Shown: positions 18,790 to 28,746, counted from the stretch's first letter. The stretch: 64,000 nt of DNA from Thermoanaerobaculia bacterium (GCA_035569395.1 DATMNC010000088.1:69603-133602), one strand, 5' to 3'. Notes: a model not told the origin generated them from the sequence alone. A program made the numbers and translations.

Positions 18790-19973
18790 GCGATCGACGG
18801 CGCCACCTTCGTCATGAAGTCGTCCATATTCTTCATCACCCGCTTCGAGTCGTGGTTGTTGAAGTCAAACCAGAGCATAAGGCGATCGTCGGGATGGAAG
18901 CGCGCGGCGATCTGCCGTGCGATCATCTCCGCGTTGCCGATGAGAGCGTTGTCGGTAGCCCTGCGCACTTTCTCCTCATCGAGCGTTCCTTCCAGCGCGC
19001 GCCAGTAGTTCGTCAGCGCCGCCCGCGCCTCGTCGGCCGCGCGCGCCGGATCGTCATTGATGAAGACCAGAACCGTGCGAGGCATGAGCCGCCGCTGCCA
19101 CCCGCCGCCGTCGGGGTGATATCCCGTTGCCATCCGTTCGTTCGTCTTCTGAATCTCATCCCCGGGCGTAATCGACAGATTGAACACGCCGACCGGCAGG
19201 ATGGTATTTGCGAAAAGCTGCGTCGCCGCATCGTGCGAGCCGATCGACAGGCGCAGCAGTTCCATCCGCGACTCCTGCGGCACGATTTTCAGATTCGGAA
19301 ACACCCAGCGCGGCGCCAGCGGCACCGCGTCGACGTTCTGGCCGTACTCATCGATGACGCGCTGCCAGTCCGCCTCGGAGCGGAAGTCCTTCCTCTGCAG
19401 CGGCCGGTGCGCGATCATCGACGAGTTAAGAGTCTCCCCTCGCAACAGTCGGAGAAAGATCTCTGTCGCCTCCTCGAAAATCCTGTTCTTCACCACTGGC
19501 CATGCCGCTTCTTCGACCGGCGTACGGGGCACGATGCCGTACGGAATGTTGATGAATGGGAAGCGCCCCGCGGCAAAGCCGACCGTCAGCAGCCGCCGTT
19601 CCCCGGGATCAAGCCCATGCAGCGCAAGAAACGTCCGCACCCGCTCGGCCGCCGCGATCGGCCCGCCGTTGCAGAGGATGTTCATGATCGCTGACCCCAC
19701 GCCGATCCGCGTCGTCCTCGCGAAGATCCGATGACCTACTTGCAGGATGTCGGTATTCAGCCCGATCTCGCCAATGAAATGCGGGATGACCGCCCCCGGA
19801 TTGCTTTTCTGCACTTCGGTGCTCAGATGGCTCTCCGCCACCCAAGCCGTCCCGAACCCGAGCCGGTCGGCAAGAACGACCTGTTCGAAAAAGTTCTCGA
19901 ACATGACCCGCTCCGACGGCATATAGCCATCGACCTCGGTCTGCGAGATGGAGAAGAAGATGTCGAGCTCCAT
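18786..19973 (-). CDS. Luciferase-like (LLM class) flavin-dependent oxidoreductase
   Basis: MELDIFFSISQTEVDGYMPSERV...LADRLGFGTAWVAESHLS. Start placed at the internal Met; the 137-aa upstream extension is rejected. Confidence 0.75.
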   Translation of the reverse strand: MELDIFFSISQTEVDGYMPSERVMFENFFEQVVLADRLGFGTAWVAESHLSTEVQKSNPGAVIPHFIGEIGLNTDILQVGHRIFARTTRIGVGSAIMNILCNGGPIAAAERVRTFLALHGLDPGERRLLTVGFAAGRFPFINIPYGIVPRTPVEEAAWPVVKNRIFEEATEIFLRLLRGETLNSSMIAHRPLQRKDFRSEADWQRVIDEYGQNVDAVPLAPRWVFPNLKIVPQESRMELLRLSIGSHDAATQLFANTILPVGVFNLSITPGDEIQKTNERMATGYHPDGGGWQRRLMPRTVLVFINDDPARAADEARAALTNYWRALEGTLDEEKVRRATDNALIGNAEMIARQIAARFHPDDRLMLWFDFNNHDSKRVMKNMDDFMTKVAPSIA

Positions 19974-20066
19974 GCAGGAGTGATCGTATAGCGAGACTAG
20001 GGTTGGGGGGCGGGGATCGCAACTCCGACTCCCGACTACCGACTGGCGAATACCTATAATCCCCTC

Positions 20067-21131
20067 GTGCCCTTCAACGAGAACCTCCCCGTCAACTTCG
20101 CGCGGGCGATGCCGAACTGGCAACCGCTCGTCGAGTACCGGAGAAACGGCGTCGCCGAGAACACCATCCACGGCGCGGTCTCGTGGGTTTCCGGCAGGAA
20201 CGTCATCTACTCGTTTGGAGGAAACGTCGAGGTCTACGGACGCTCGATGGTCAAGCCGATCATGATGAAAGTCTTCACGCGCGAGTTTGCGCGTGCTCTG
20301 ACGGGCGAACAGAAAGCCATCTCCGTTGCCTCGCACAACGGCGATACCGAACATGTGCGCGTGGCCCGGTCCATTCTCCTGCAAGGCGAATGGGGCCTAA
20401 TGCAAGCTCCGCTCGACGTTCCTCTTGTGCAATTCGGCCGGCAGGTTCGGCGCCCGAGACGCTGGTATCACTGTTGTTCGGGCGAGCACGCCGCCATCCT
20501 GCGCGGATGCAAGCTGAAAGGGTGGTCGCGCGTCGGCTACGTGTGGCCACACCACCCGTTTTTCCAGCAATACCTCGACTACATCCGCCACGTTCTCGGC
20601 AACGAATGGAAGCAAGGCATCATCGTCAAGGACGGCTGCGGACTGCCTACGGTGTCGATGACCGTGACCGATCTGGCCAGGCTCTTCGCCAATCTCGTCA
20701 CCGAGAAGGACGACGACTGGATCTGGCAGTCGATGATTGAGCATCCCGACCTCATCGGCGGCTTCAACCGCCTCGACTCGACGATCCTCAAAGCCTGCCA
20801 CGGCCGCGTGCTGGCCAAAGAGGGCGCCGACGGTCTCCTCGGTCTTGCCATCGAGCATCCCGAATACCCCGAAGGTCTCGGCGTAGTCGTCAAGATCGCC
20901 CACGGCTGGAACCCGCAGGCGACCTGGTACATCGCCCGCTATATCCTCGGCGTGCTCGGATTCGAGTTCCGCAATCCTTACAAACTGCGCCGCCAGAAGG
21001 CCTTCATCGTCCCTGAGGCCATTCCACCGGCTCTGAGGGATCGGATGGCGGCGATCGTGCCGTGGGATTCATGGGATCCGGACATCGACAAATGGGAGTT
21101 CGAGCCGGAGGAGTTCCTTGCAAGTCGGTAA
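20067..21131 (+). CDS. Asparaginase II family protein (PF06089-like)
   Basis: Ordered family motifs: ASHNGDTEHV, CCSGEHAAIL, HPFFQ, KDGCGLPTV, KEGADGLLG. Confidence 0.6.
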   Translation: MPFNENLPVNFARAMPNWQPLVEYRRNGVAENTIHGAVSWVSGRNVIYSFGGNVEVYGRSMVKPIMMKVFTREFARALTGEQKAISVASHNGDTEHVRVARSILLQGEWGLMQAPLDVPLVQFGRQVRRPRRWYHCCSGEHAAILRGCKLKGWSRVGYVWPHHPFFQQYLDYIRHVLGNEWKQGIIVKDGCGLPTVSMTVTDLARLFANLVTEKDDDWIWQSMIEHPDLIGGFNRLDSTILKACHGRVLAKEGADGLLGLAIEHPEYPEGLGVVVKIAHGWNPQATWYIARYILGVLGFEFRNPYKLRRQKAFIVPEAIPPALRDRMAAIVPWDSWDPDIDKWEFEPEEFLASR

Positions 21132-22551
21132 CTTCATCGGCGGTGCATTCGCCCCGCCGCGTTCAGGCGCTTACTTCGACGACGTCAACCCCGCCACCAC
21201 CGAGATCATCGCGCGGATTCCGGATAGCGACGAAGACGATGTCGATGACGCCGTGAGCGCGGCGAAGGGAGCATTTCCGGCGTGGTCGCGCATGCCGGCG
21301 GCCGAGCGAAGCCGTCTTCTGCTGAAGCTCGCCGATCTGATCGAGCAAAACCTCGACGAGCTGGCCCGCTGCGAATCGATCGACAGCGGCAAAACGCTCG
21401 CTCTGGCGAAGAGGCTCGACATCCCTCGCGCCGTGGCCAACTTCCGTTTCTTCGCCACGGCAATCCTCCACCAGTCCACCGAGGCTCACGTGACCGACGT
21501 GGCCGCGTTGAACTACACGCTACGACAGCCGCTGGGCGTGGTCGGATTGATCTCGCCATGGAACCTGCCGCTATATCTTCTTTCCTGGAAGATCGCCCCG
21601 GCCATCGCGGCGGGAAACACCTGCGTCGCCAAACCGAGCGAGCTGACGCCGCTGACCGCGAACCGGCTGGCCGAGCTGTCGCTCGAGGCGGGCATCCCGC
21701 CGGGCGTCATCAACATCGTTCACGGCTACGGCAATAAAGCGGGACGTGCACTGACGTGCCATGACGACATCGCCGCAATCTCCTTCACCGGCGGCACTGT
21801 CACCGGCGCGGCTGTGGCGGCGAATGCTGCGCCGCGGTTCAAGAAGCTGTCTTTAGAGCTGGGGGGCAAGAACCCGAACCTGATCTTCGCTGACGCCGAT
21901 CTCACCGCAGACAACGGGGCCATTGCCACATCGATCCGCTCCAGCTTCTGGAACCAGGGCGAGATCTGCCTCTGCGGATCACGGATCTTCGTCGAGCGCT
22001 CCATCTACGACGAGTTCGTGGAACGCTTCGCCGCGGCCACGAAGAAGCTGCGCATCGGTGATCCGCTCGATGATGCCACCGACATCGGCGCGCTGATCAG
22101 CGAAGACCATCTGCTGAAGATTACCGGCTACATCGATCTGGCCGTGAAGGAAGGCGGCACCATCGTCGCCGGCGGCCATCGCCTCGAACGCGACGGCTAT
22201 TTCGTCGAGCCGACCATCATCACTGGACTGGGATGCCAATGCCGCACCTTGCAGGAAGAGATCTTCGGTCCCGTGGTCACGGTCACGCCTTTTGACGACG
22301 AAAACGAATCCGTCGCTTTCGCCAACTCCACCCGCTATGGCCTCTCCGCCACCGTCTGGACGCGCGACCTCGCCCGCGGGCACAGAGTCGCGGCCGCCCT
22401 CGACGCCGGTACCATCTGGATCAACTGCTGGCTCCTCCGTGATCTCCGCGTCCCCTTCGGCGGCATGAAAGAGAGCGGGGTGGGCCGGGAGGGGGGATTC
22501 GAGTCGCTGAACTTCTTCACCGAAGCGAAGAATGTGTGCGTGAAGATCTAG
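21118..22551 (+). CDS. NAD-dependent aldehyde dehydrogenase (2-aminomuconate/2-hydroxymuconate semialdehyde dehydrogenase-like)
   Basis: ELGGKNP and catalytic-Cys region EICLCGSRIF; 477 aa. Overlaps the upstream gene by 14 bp. Confidence 0.85.
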   Translation: MQVGNFIGGAFAPPRSGAYFDDVNPATTEIIARIPDSDEDDVDDAVSAAKGAFPAWSRMPAAERSRLLLKLADLIEQNLDELARCESIDSGKTLALAKRLDIPRAVANFRFFATAILHQSTEAHVTDVAALNYTLRQPLGVVGLISPWNLPLYLLSWKIAPAIAAGNTCVAKPSELTPLTANRLAELSLEAGIPPGVINIVHGYGNKAGRALTCHDDIAAISFTGGTVTGAAVAANAAPRFKKLSLELGGKNPNLIFADADLTADNGAIATSIRSSFWNQGEICLCGSRIFVERSIYDEFVERFAAATKKLRIGDPLDDATDIGALISEDHLLKITGYIDLAVKEGGTIVAGGHRLERDGYFVEPTIITGLGCQCRTLQEEIFGPVVTVTPFDDENESVAFANSTRYGLSATVWTRDLARGHRVAAALDAGTIWINCWLLRDLRVPFGGMKESGVGREGGFESLNFFTEAKNVCVKI

Positions 22552-22795
22552 TAAGGACGCGCTTGATTCGCGCTCGGCGGTGAGTATCATTCGCGGTGGA
22601 GCGGTGACCACGGGTCCAAATTCCGGCTTCGAGATCCTTGTGCCGGGGCGTCAGGACTGCTCTCAGAGCTTAATCCCGTTATCGGGAGCGCCAATCTCAA
22701 TTGTCGGCCCGCTCCACTTTTCATTCCTGCAAACACGAGGGTTCGGCTCAGCGCAATCTAGGAGTCTGCGCGGCAGAACGATTGATCCGAGATGG

Positions 22796-22852
22796 GTGGC
22801 CGAGCCTTGGGCAACCAGCGCCGCCGGCCGTGCCGGCCTAGGGCGTCTTCGG
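22796..22852. repeat. Family-3 element (GGCCGAGCCTTGGGCAACCAGC..GCCGGCCGTGCCGGCCT) abutting the stop of the lipoprotein gene
   Basis: About 40 bp near-identical to 3944-3990; contains the GCCGGC-CGT-GCCGGC hairpin. Confidence 0.65.
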
Positions 22853-23974
22853 CACCAGTACCCAATCCGTCTTCGCCTTCGTGCTCTCATTCCCGCTCTT
22901 ATCGACGGACACCACCTCGTAGTAGTACGAGATCCCCGGGTTGACGCCGGTGTCGCGATAGTTGGTGGCGGTGAGGAGTTGCGCGGTCAGCGGGATCGTA
23001 CCGACCGGGCGCAGTTGCTCGATGCCGGTGCCCTCCGTGCGGTAGACCTTGTAACCGGCCAGGTCGGGCGCGTCGACCGGATCCCAGACCAGACGGACGG
23101 CGCCGGTCTCGACGAGCGCGGTCAGACCAGCGGGCGGCGGTGGTGCGACGAGGTCCTTGAAATTTGCGCCGGCGATCGGCGAAGGCTCGCTCTCAATCCG
23201 CGGCAGGCCGGATGTGCCGAGCGCGGTGACAAAGTAGTCGTGCTCTCCGTACGGCGGGTTGTCGGTAAACGTCGTCGTGGTCACTGGTGACGTGTTGGCT
23301 GGTGCCGCGAACTCGTCGGCATGTTGGCCGTGCGGGAAGCGGTAGATGTTGTATCCGGCGATGATCGGATTCTTCGTACCGCTGATCGTGGCATCGGATG
23401 CCGTCCAGGTCAGGACGACGCCCTCGCGACGCGCGATTGCGGTGAGCGCCGGCGGCGCGGCCGGTACATCTAGCGGCACGATAGAGACGAGGTTCGAGAG
23501 GTCGCTATTTGCCGACTCTCCCTCGGTGACGACCGCGTACGTCAAGCGAACCGGGCGCCCGTCGGTTGTGTGGAGCGGCGGAGTATCTTCGTATGTCAGA
23601 CGCGCGCCGGCCGTCGCGGCAGGCAGCTTGGCGCCTTCTATGCTGTCTACCCGCGTCCGAACCTTCAGAAATTTGACGGGGATCAACGCGGGAACCTTGG
23701 CGAAGAGTTGGATGGGTGATTCCGGGTTGCCGGTAGAGGGCCCAGCGGGCGGCTCTTCAACGGTTCGCCAGACGGCGACGCGTTTGATGCCGGTCATGCT
23801 CTTGCCTGCGGTCGTCAGAGACGGGTACCCCCACGACAGGAGAACTTTGGGACCCCGCTGTGCTACAAGAAGATCGGTCGTCGATTTCGGGATGACCGGG
23901 ATGGGCGGATGTGGATCGCCGCGTTTGCCGCAGGCCACCAGAGCGAACAGAAGCAACACCGCGATTTTTCTCAC
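22838..23974 (-). CDS. Lipoprotein with fibronectin type III-like repeats
   Basis: Lipobox LVAC, then repeated Fn3-like segments (GYNIYR, GYKVYRT, YYYEVVSVDKSGNES). Confidence 0.5.
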   Translation of the reverse strand: MRKIAVLLLFALVACGKRGDPHPPIPVIPKSTTDLLVAQRGPKVLLSWGYPSLTTAGKSMTGIKRVAVWRTVEEPPAGPSTGNPESPIQLFAKVPALIPVKFLKVRTRVDSIEGAKLPAATAGARLTYEDTPPLHTTDGRPVRLTYAVVTEGESANSDLSNLVSIVPLDVPAAPPALTAIARREGVVLTWTASDATISGTKNPIIAGYNIYRFPHGQHADEFAAPANTSPVTTTTFTDNPPYGEHDYFVTALGTSGLPRIESEPSPIAGANFKDLVAPPPPAGLTALVETGAVRLVWDPVDAPDLAGYKVYRTEGTGIEQLRPVGTIPLTAQLLTATNYRDTGVNPGISYYYEVVSVDKSGNESTKAKTDWVLVPKTP

Positions 23975-24005
23975 CGGCGCGGAATTCTAACGGACAGGAA
24001 GCCTC

Positions 24006-25841
24006 ATGTGCGGAATCATCGGATATGCCGGCACGCGTGATGTCGTGCCGGTCCTCATCGGCGGACTCAAAAAACTCGAATACCGCGGCTATGACAGCGC
24101 CGGCATCGCCATCATCGACGACGACGGAGTCCAGGTCGTCCGCGCCGAGGGGAAGCTGTCGAACCTCGAGGCGAAGCTGAATGAACGGCCGCTCCACGGC
24201 ACGTTCGGCATGGGCCACACCCGATGGGCCACCCACGGCAAACCGAACGAGAACAACGCCCATCCGCACCGCGACTGCAGCGGGCAGATCGTGGTCATCC
24301 ACAACGGCATCATCGAGAACTTTCTCCCCATCAAGCAGCGGCTGCAGAAAACGGGACACCAGTTCAAGACCGAGACGGACACCGAGGTCGTGGCTCATCT
24401 CATCGAAGAAAACATGAACGATGGGACGAAGTTCGTCGATGCCGTCCGCAAGACCCTCAAGGAGCTCGAAGGTCACTACGCGCTGGTGATGATCGACGGC
24501 GGCGATCCAGGCACGATCGTGGCCGCCAAGCAGGGACCCCCGCTAGTGGTCGGCCTCGGCGACAACGAGAACTTCATTGCCTCCGACGTCGCTCCGCTTC
24601 TCGCCTACACACGGGACGTCATCTACCTCGAGGATGGCGAGTACGCCGTCGTCGATCAGCACCACGTGTCCGTTTTCGATCAGCGCGATCAGCGAATCGA
24701 CCGCGAGCCGAAGCGGATTCTCTGGGACGCCGTGATGGCCGAGAAAGAAGGCTACCGGCATTACATGCTCAAGGAGATCCACGAGCAGTCGCGCGCCGTT
24801 CGCGACACATTCACCGGCCGGATGTTCGAGGAGTCAGGGGAGATTTTCTTCAACGACCTGCAGCTAACGCCGGACGATTGGGCGAAGATCCGCAAGGTTC
24901 ATATCGTCGCCTGCGGCACGTCATGGCATTCCGGTCTGGTCGGCAAGTTCCTGCTCGAGGAGGCGGCGCGCATCCCCATCGAAGTCGACTACGGCTCGGA
25001 GTACCGCTACCGCAATCCGATCATCGACGAGAACACTCTCGTCATCGGCGTTACGCAATCGGGCGAGACCGCCGACACCATCGCTGGAATGCAGGAGGCC
25101 AAACGGCGCGGGGCGAAACTCATCACGATCTGCAACGTCATCGGCTCCGCGGCCACGCGCATGTCGGACGGTGTGATCTACACCAATGCCGGGCCGGAGA
25201 TCGGCGTGGCCTCAACGAAGGCCTTCACGACGCAGCTCACCGCCTTCTATCTTCTGGCGCTCTATATCCGCCAGCTCCGCGGCGATAACGTAGGCGATCG
25301 CCGCAAGGCTATGCACGAGCTGAGCTTGATCCCGCACAAGATCGAAGACATCCTGGCCAAGCAGGAGAAGAACATCGAGGCGCTGGCGCACAAGTACTAC
25401 AAGTCGCAGGACTTCCTCTTCCTCGGTCGAGGCGTGCATTACCCGATCGCCCTGGAAGGAGCGCTCAAGCTCAAGGAGATCTCCTACATCCACGCCGAGG
25501 GCTATCCTGCCGGGGAGATGAAACACGGACCGATCGCGCTCATCGACGAGAACCTGCCGGTAGTCGCCATCGCCACGCACACATCGGTGTACGACAAGGT
25601 CGTTTCCAACCTGCAGGAAGTGAAAGCGCGTGACGGCAAACTGATCGTGATCTGTGACGAAGGCGACGAAGCGATGCGCAACTTCGCCGACGACGTGATC
25701 GAGATACCCTGGACCATCGAGCCGCTCCAGCCAATTCTTTCGGTCATCCCGACGCAGCTCCTCGCCTACTACATCGCCTTGCGGCGGGGATGCGATGTCG
25801 ATCAGCCAAGGAATCTGGCGAAGAGCGTGACGGTGGAGTAG
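24006..25841 (+). CDS. glmS: Glutamine--fructose-6-phosphate aminotransferase
   Basis: MCGIIGY N-terminal nucleophile, SIS domains, C-terminal ...VDQPRNLAKSVTVE. Confidence 0.95.
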   Translation: MCGIIGYAGTRDVVPVLIGGLKKLEYRGYDSAGIAIIDDDGVQVVRAEGKLSNLEAKLNERPLHGTFGMGHTRWATHGKPNENNAHPHRDCSGQIVVIHNGIIENFLPIKQRLQKTGHQFKTETDTEVVAHLIEENMNDGTKFVDAVRKTLKELEGHYALVMIDGGDPGTIVAAKQGPPLVVGLGDNENFIASDVAPLLAYTRDVIYLEDGEYAVVDQHHVSVFDQRDQRIDREPKRILWDAVMAEKEGYRHYMLKEIHEQSRAVRDTFTGRMFEESGEIFFNDLQLTPDDWAKIRKVHIVACGTSWHSGLVGKFLLEEAARIPIEVDYGSEYRYRNPIIDENTLVIGVTQSGETADTIAGMQEAKRRGAKLITICNVIGSAATRMSDGVIYTNAGPEIGVASTKAFTTQLTAFYLLALYIRQLRGDNVGDRRKAMHELSLIPHKIEDILAKQEKNIEALAHKYYKSQDFLFLGRGVHYPIALEGALKLKEISYIHAEGYPAGEMKHGPIALIDENLPVVAIATHTSVYDKVVSNLQEVKARDGKLIVICDEGDEAMRNFADDVIEIPWTIEPLQPILSVIPTQLLAYYIALRRGCDVDQPRNLAKSVTVE

Positions 25842-25948
25842 CGCGGTTGCGTGGTCTGGGGGTTGCGCGGTCTCGCAGTGGTTCGATTTCAGCGGCGGCG
25901 TTTCGTTCACACACCGCGAGACCGCGCAACCCCGAGACCCCGAGACCC
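25842..25948. repeat. Family-1 hairpin repeat (GGTTGCGCGGTCTCGC ... CGCGAGACCGCGCAACCCCGAGACC)
   Basis: Inverted arms between glmS and alkA. Confidence 0.7.
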
Positions 25949-26710
25949 ATGACTGACATGACCGCACTTGCCTACACCCCTCCCTACGACTGGGAAGCCA
26001 TCCTTGCCTTCCTCCGCCCGCGCGCCTTCGCCGGTGTCGAGTTAGTCAGCGCCGATGCGTACGAGCGCGAGGGAGTGCGCGTTACGCATGATCCTGGAAG
26101 GAACGCGGTGATCGTCAGCAACCCTTCGAAGGCAGAGCACGTGCGGGCCATGTTCGACATCGACGCCGACATCATCGCGATCGAGAAACGTTTCGCGCGC
26201 GACCCGATGCTCGGGCCACTCATCCGCGCGCATCCAGGCATTCGCGTGCCCGGCACGTGGGATCCGTTCGAGATGGCCCTCCGGGCCATGGTCGGGCAGC
26301 AGATCAGCGTGGCCGGCGCGACGACGATCATGGCCCGCATCGCCTCGCGTCACGGCATCACGCCCGAGTCGCTCATGCGCGCGCGGAAGAATCCCGGGAT
26401 GCCGCAGATCCGCTGGGATTCCATTCGCAGTCTGGCCCGCGCGGTGGCGCGCGGCGAGGTGACGTTCGAACGAGGAGCGACCCTGGATGAGTCGATCGCC
26501 AGGCTGACCGCGCTGCCGGGCATCGGTCCGTGGACGGCACACTACGTCGCCATGCGCGCCCTCCGCGAGCCTGACGCATTTCCGCACGGCGATCTCGTTC
26601 TCCGCAAGGCGGCGGGCATGATCAGCGACCGCGAGCTCCTGGTGCGCGCCGAGGTGTGGCGGCCGTACCGGGCCTATGCGACGATGTTGCTGTGGAAAAG
26701 CCTGGCCTGA
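25949..26710 (+). CDS. alkA: DNA-3-methyladenine glycosylase II (AlkA, HhH-GPD)
   Basis: HhH-GPD motif LTALPGIGPWTAHYVAMRAL followed by the catalytic Asp region. Start placed at MTDMTALAY. Confidence 0.7.
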   Translation: MTDMTALAYTPPYDWEAILAFLRPRAFAGVELVSADAYEREGVRVTHDPGRNAVIVSNPSKAEHVRAMFDIDADIIAIEKRFARDPMLGPLIRAHPGIRVPGTWDPFEMALRAMVGQQISVAGATTIMARIASRHGITPESLMRARKNPGMPQIRWDSIRSLARAVARGEVTFERGATLDESIARLTALPGIGPWTAHYVAMRALREPDAFPHGDLVLRKAAGMISDRELLVRAEVWRPYRAYATMLLWKSLA

Positions 26711-27183
26711 AGTACAGCTACGTCGACACCCCTGTCGGTGCGATTCTCATCGCCGGCGACGGCGCTTCCGTCATCGAGACCTACTTCGCCGGCGCGAAGC
26801 CGAAGCCGGACTGGATTCGCGATGACGAAGCTTTCACCGAAGCCTCCACTCAGTTGCGCGCGTACTTCGCCGGCGATCTCAAGGCGTTCCATCTCCCGCT
26901 TGCACCGCGTGGCACGGAGTTCCAGCAGTCTGTCTGGAGCGCGCTCCTGGAGATTCCGTATGGCCAGACGACAACCTATTCAGCGATCGCCGAAAAGATC
27001 AGCCGCCCGGCCGCGGTGCGGGCGGTCGGAGCCGCGAACGGAGCCAACCCGATACCGATCATCATCCCGTGTCATCGCGTCATCGGAGCGAACGGATCGC
27101 TGACCGGATTCGGCGGAGGACTTGACGTCAAGCGACGGCTACTCATGCTCGAGGCCCGCGGCGCGGGGCAGACTCTGTTTTGA
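26656..27183 (+). CDS. ogt: Methylated-DNA--protein-cysteine methyltransferase
   Basis: IPCHRVIGANGSLTGFGGGL active site. Overlaps the alkA 3' end; the true start may be a downstream GTG/CTG near 26690. Confidence 0.8.
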   Translation: MAAVPGLCDDVAVEKPGLKYSYVDTPVGAILIAGDGASVIETYFAGAKPKPDWIRDDEAFTEASTQLRAYFAGDLKAFHLPLAPRGTEFQQSVWSALLEIPYGQTTTYSAIAEKISRPAAVRAVGAANGANPIPIIIPCHRVIGANGSLTGFGGGLDVKRRLLMLEARGAGQTLF

Positions 27184-27280
27184 CTGACACGAGCTCGCCC
27201 TCTTGACACGCTATTGCATCAGAAAGCTCTCACCACAATCGGGACAGTCCGTCCAACCCTCACGACAAACCACGTGGCTT

Positions 27281-27610
27281 TCGCGATTACACGCTGTGTT
27301 GTAGCGATTGCACGCCGTACGGTCGCGGTTACACGACGTGCTATCGCGATTACACGACGTACTGTCGCGGTTACACGACGTGCAATCGCGATTACACGAC
27401 GTGTTGTCGCGATTGCATGCCGTACGGTCGCGATTGCACGCCGTGCTGTCGCGGTTACACACCGTGAGTCGCGATTGCACGCCGTGAGGTCGCGATTGCA
27501 TGACGTGCTGTCGCGGTTACACACCGTGTTGTCGCGATTATTCGCCGTTTTGTCGCGGTTACACGACGTTTGTCGTGATTGCACGACGTCTTGTCGCGGT
27601 TATCCACTGG
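27281..27610. repeat. Direct tandem array, about 16 copies of a 21-bp unit (consensus CGCGRTTRCACGMCGTGNTGT)
   Basis: Units phased at 27282, 27303, 27324, 27345, 27366, 27387, 27408, 27429, 27450, 27470, 27491, 27512, 27533, 27554, 27574 and 27595. No spacers. The array sits in the ogt/mnmA convergent gap. Confidence 0.9.
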
Positions 27611-27666
27611 TTGGTGGCGACAAACCGTCGCGAGCTAACTTACTGATTCTGCTGAATAACTCAAGG

Positions 27667-28746
27667 CTAACCCTTGGTTATCCACCCACCTCCCAAACAC
27701 AGGTCCCCGTCGTAGAACACGACCGCCTGACCGGGCGCGACAGCCCGTAGTTTCTGCGCGAACTGCACTCGGGCGCGGCCGTCGGCCATCGGCGCAACGG
27801 TCGCGGCGACGTCCGCCGAGCGGGAGCGGACACGCGCCTGGATCTCGATTGGGCCGAATGGCGGCTCGCCGATCCAGTGGACGCGCTCGGCGATCAGCTC
27901 GCCGCGCTCCAGATCGGAGGCCTCGCCGACCACGACACGCTTCGTGAAGGGGTTCACGTCGACCACATACATCCGCTCTGCCGTTCCGCCGATGTCAAGA
28001 CCGCGGCGCTGGCCGATCGTGAAGTGGTAGTAGCCGTCGTGCGTTCCAACAACGTTTCCGCCCACGTCGACGATCTCCCCGGCCCCGTCGCCGGGCGACA
28101 ACGCCGCCTCGCGCTCGACGATGGCGGCGTAACTGTCCTTTTGTGGCACGAAGCAGATCTCGTACGACTCCTTCTTCCGCGCCACGACCAGCCCCGCCTC
28201 CTCGGCGACGTCACGAACCTCCGGCTTGGTCATCTCGCCGAGCGGGAAGAGCGCGCCGCCGAGTTGCTCCTGCGTCAGCTCGAAGAGGAAGTACGACTGA
28301 TCCTTTGCCAGATGCAGCGCCTTGCGCAGCTCGAAGCGGCCGGCGGCATCGCGCGTAATGCGGGCGTAGTGGCCGGTGGCGATCTTCTCCGCACCGATGG
28401 CCCGCGCCTTCTCGTGAAAAAGGTCGAACTTCACGTGAGTGTTGCAGAGGACGCAGGGGCTCGGGGTCAGGCCGCTCAGATACGATTGCACGAACGGCGC
28501 GATCACCTTTTCATGAAAATTCTGTTCGAGGTTCAGCGTGAAGTGGGGAATGTCCAGCTTCCAGGCCACGCGGCGGGCGTCGGCGAGGTCGTCGATCGTG
28601 CAGCATCCGCCGTAGGCCGTATCGGCGTTGGCGAGGTTGTCGTACATCTGCATCGACAGACCGACGACCTCATGTCCGGCAGACTTGAGGATGTACGCGG
28701 CGGTCGACGAATCGACCCCGCCCGACATGGCTACGGCGACTTTCAC
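27667..28746 (-). CDS. mnmA: tRNA-specific 2-thiouridylase
   Basis: MKVAVAMSGGVDSS PP-loop and catalytic Cys motifs. Confidence 0.9.
   Translation of the reverse strand: MKVAVAMSGGVDSSTAAYILKSAGHEVVGLSMQMYDNLANADTAYGGCCTIDDLADARRVAWKLDIPHFTLNLEQNFHEKVIAPFVQSYLSGLTPSPCVLCNTHVKFDLFHEKARAIGAEKIATGHYARITRDAAGRFELRKALHLAKDQSYFLFELTQEQLGGALFPLGEMTKPEVRDVAEEAGLVVARKKESYEICFVPQKDSYAAIVEREAALSPGDGAGEIVDVGGNVVGTHDGYYHFTIGQRRGLDIGGTAERMYVVDVNPFTKRVVVGEASDLERGELIAERVHWIGEPPFGPIEIQARVRSRSADVAATVAPMADGRARVQFAQKLRAVAPGQAVVFYDGDLCLGGGWITKG

Noticed and set aside
19974-20384. 137-aa N-terminal extension of the luciferase-like oxidoreductase ORF
   Set aside because: The conserved LLM N-terminus begins at MELDIFF (19973). 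The extension is low-complexity and reaches into the divergent promoter region.
22580-23290. 236-aa plus-strand ORF
   Set aside because: It is antisense to the Fn3 lipoprotein gene and Arg/Gly-rich.
24224-25288. 354-aa plus-strand ORF inside glmS
   Set aside because: It is an out-of-frame overlap with glmS and is Arg-rich.
27211-27750. ORFs across the 21-bp repeat array (CNRDxTx / VAIARRT heptads); also considered as a CRISPR array
   Set aside because: The 20-bp units shift every frame and the translations are pure low-complexity heptads. There are no spacers, the unit is too short for CRISPR, and no cas genes are nearby.
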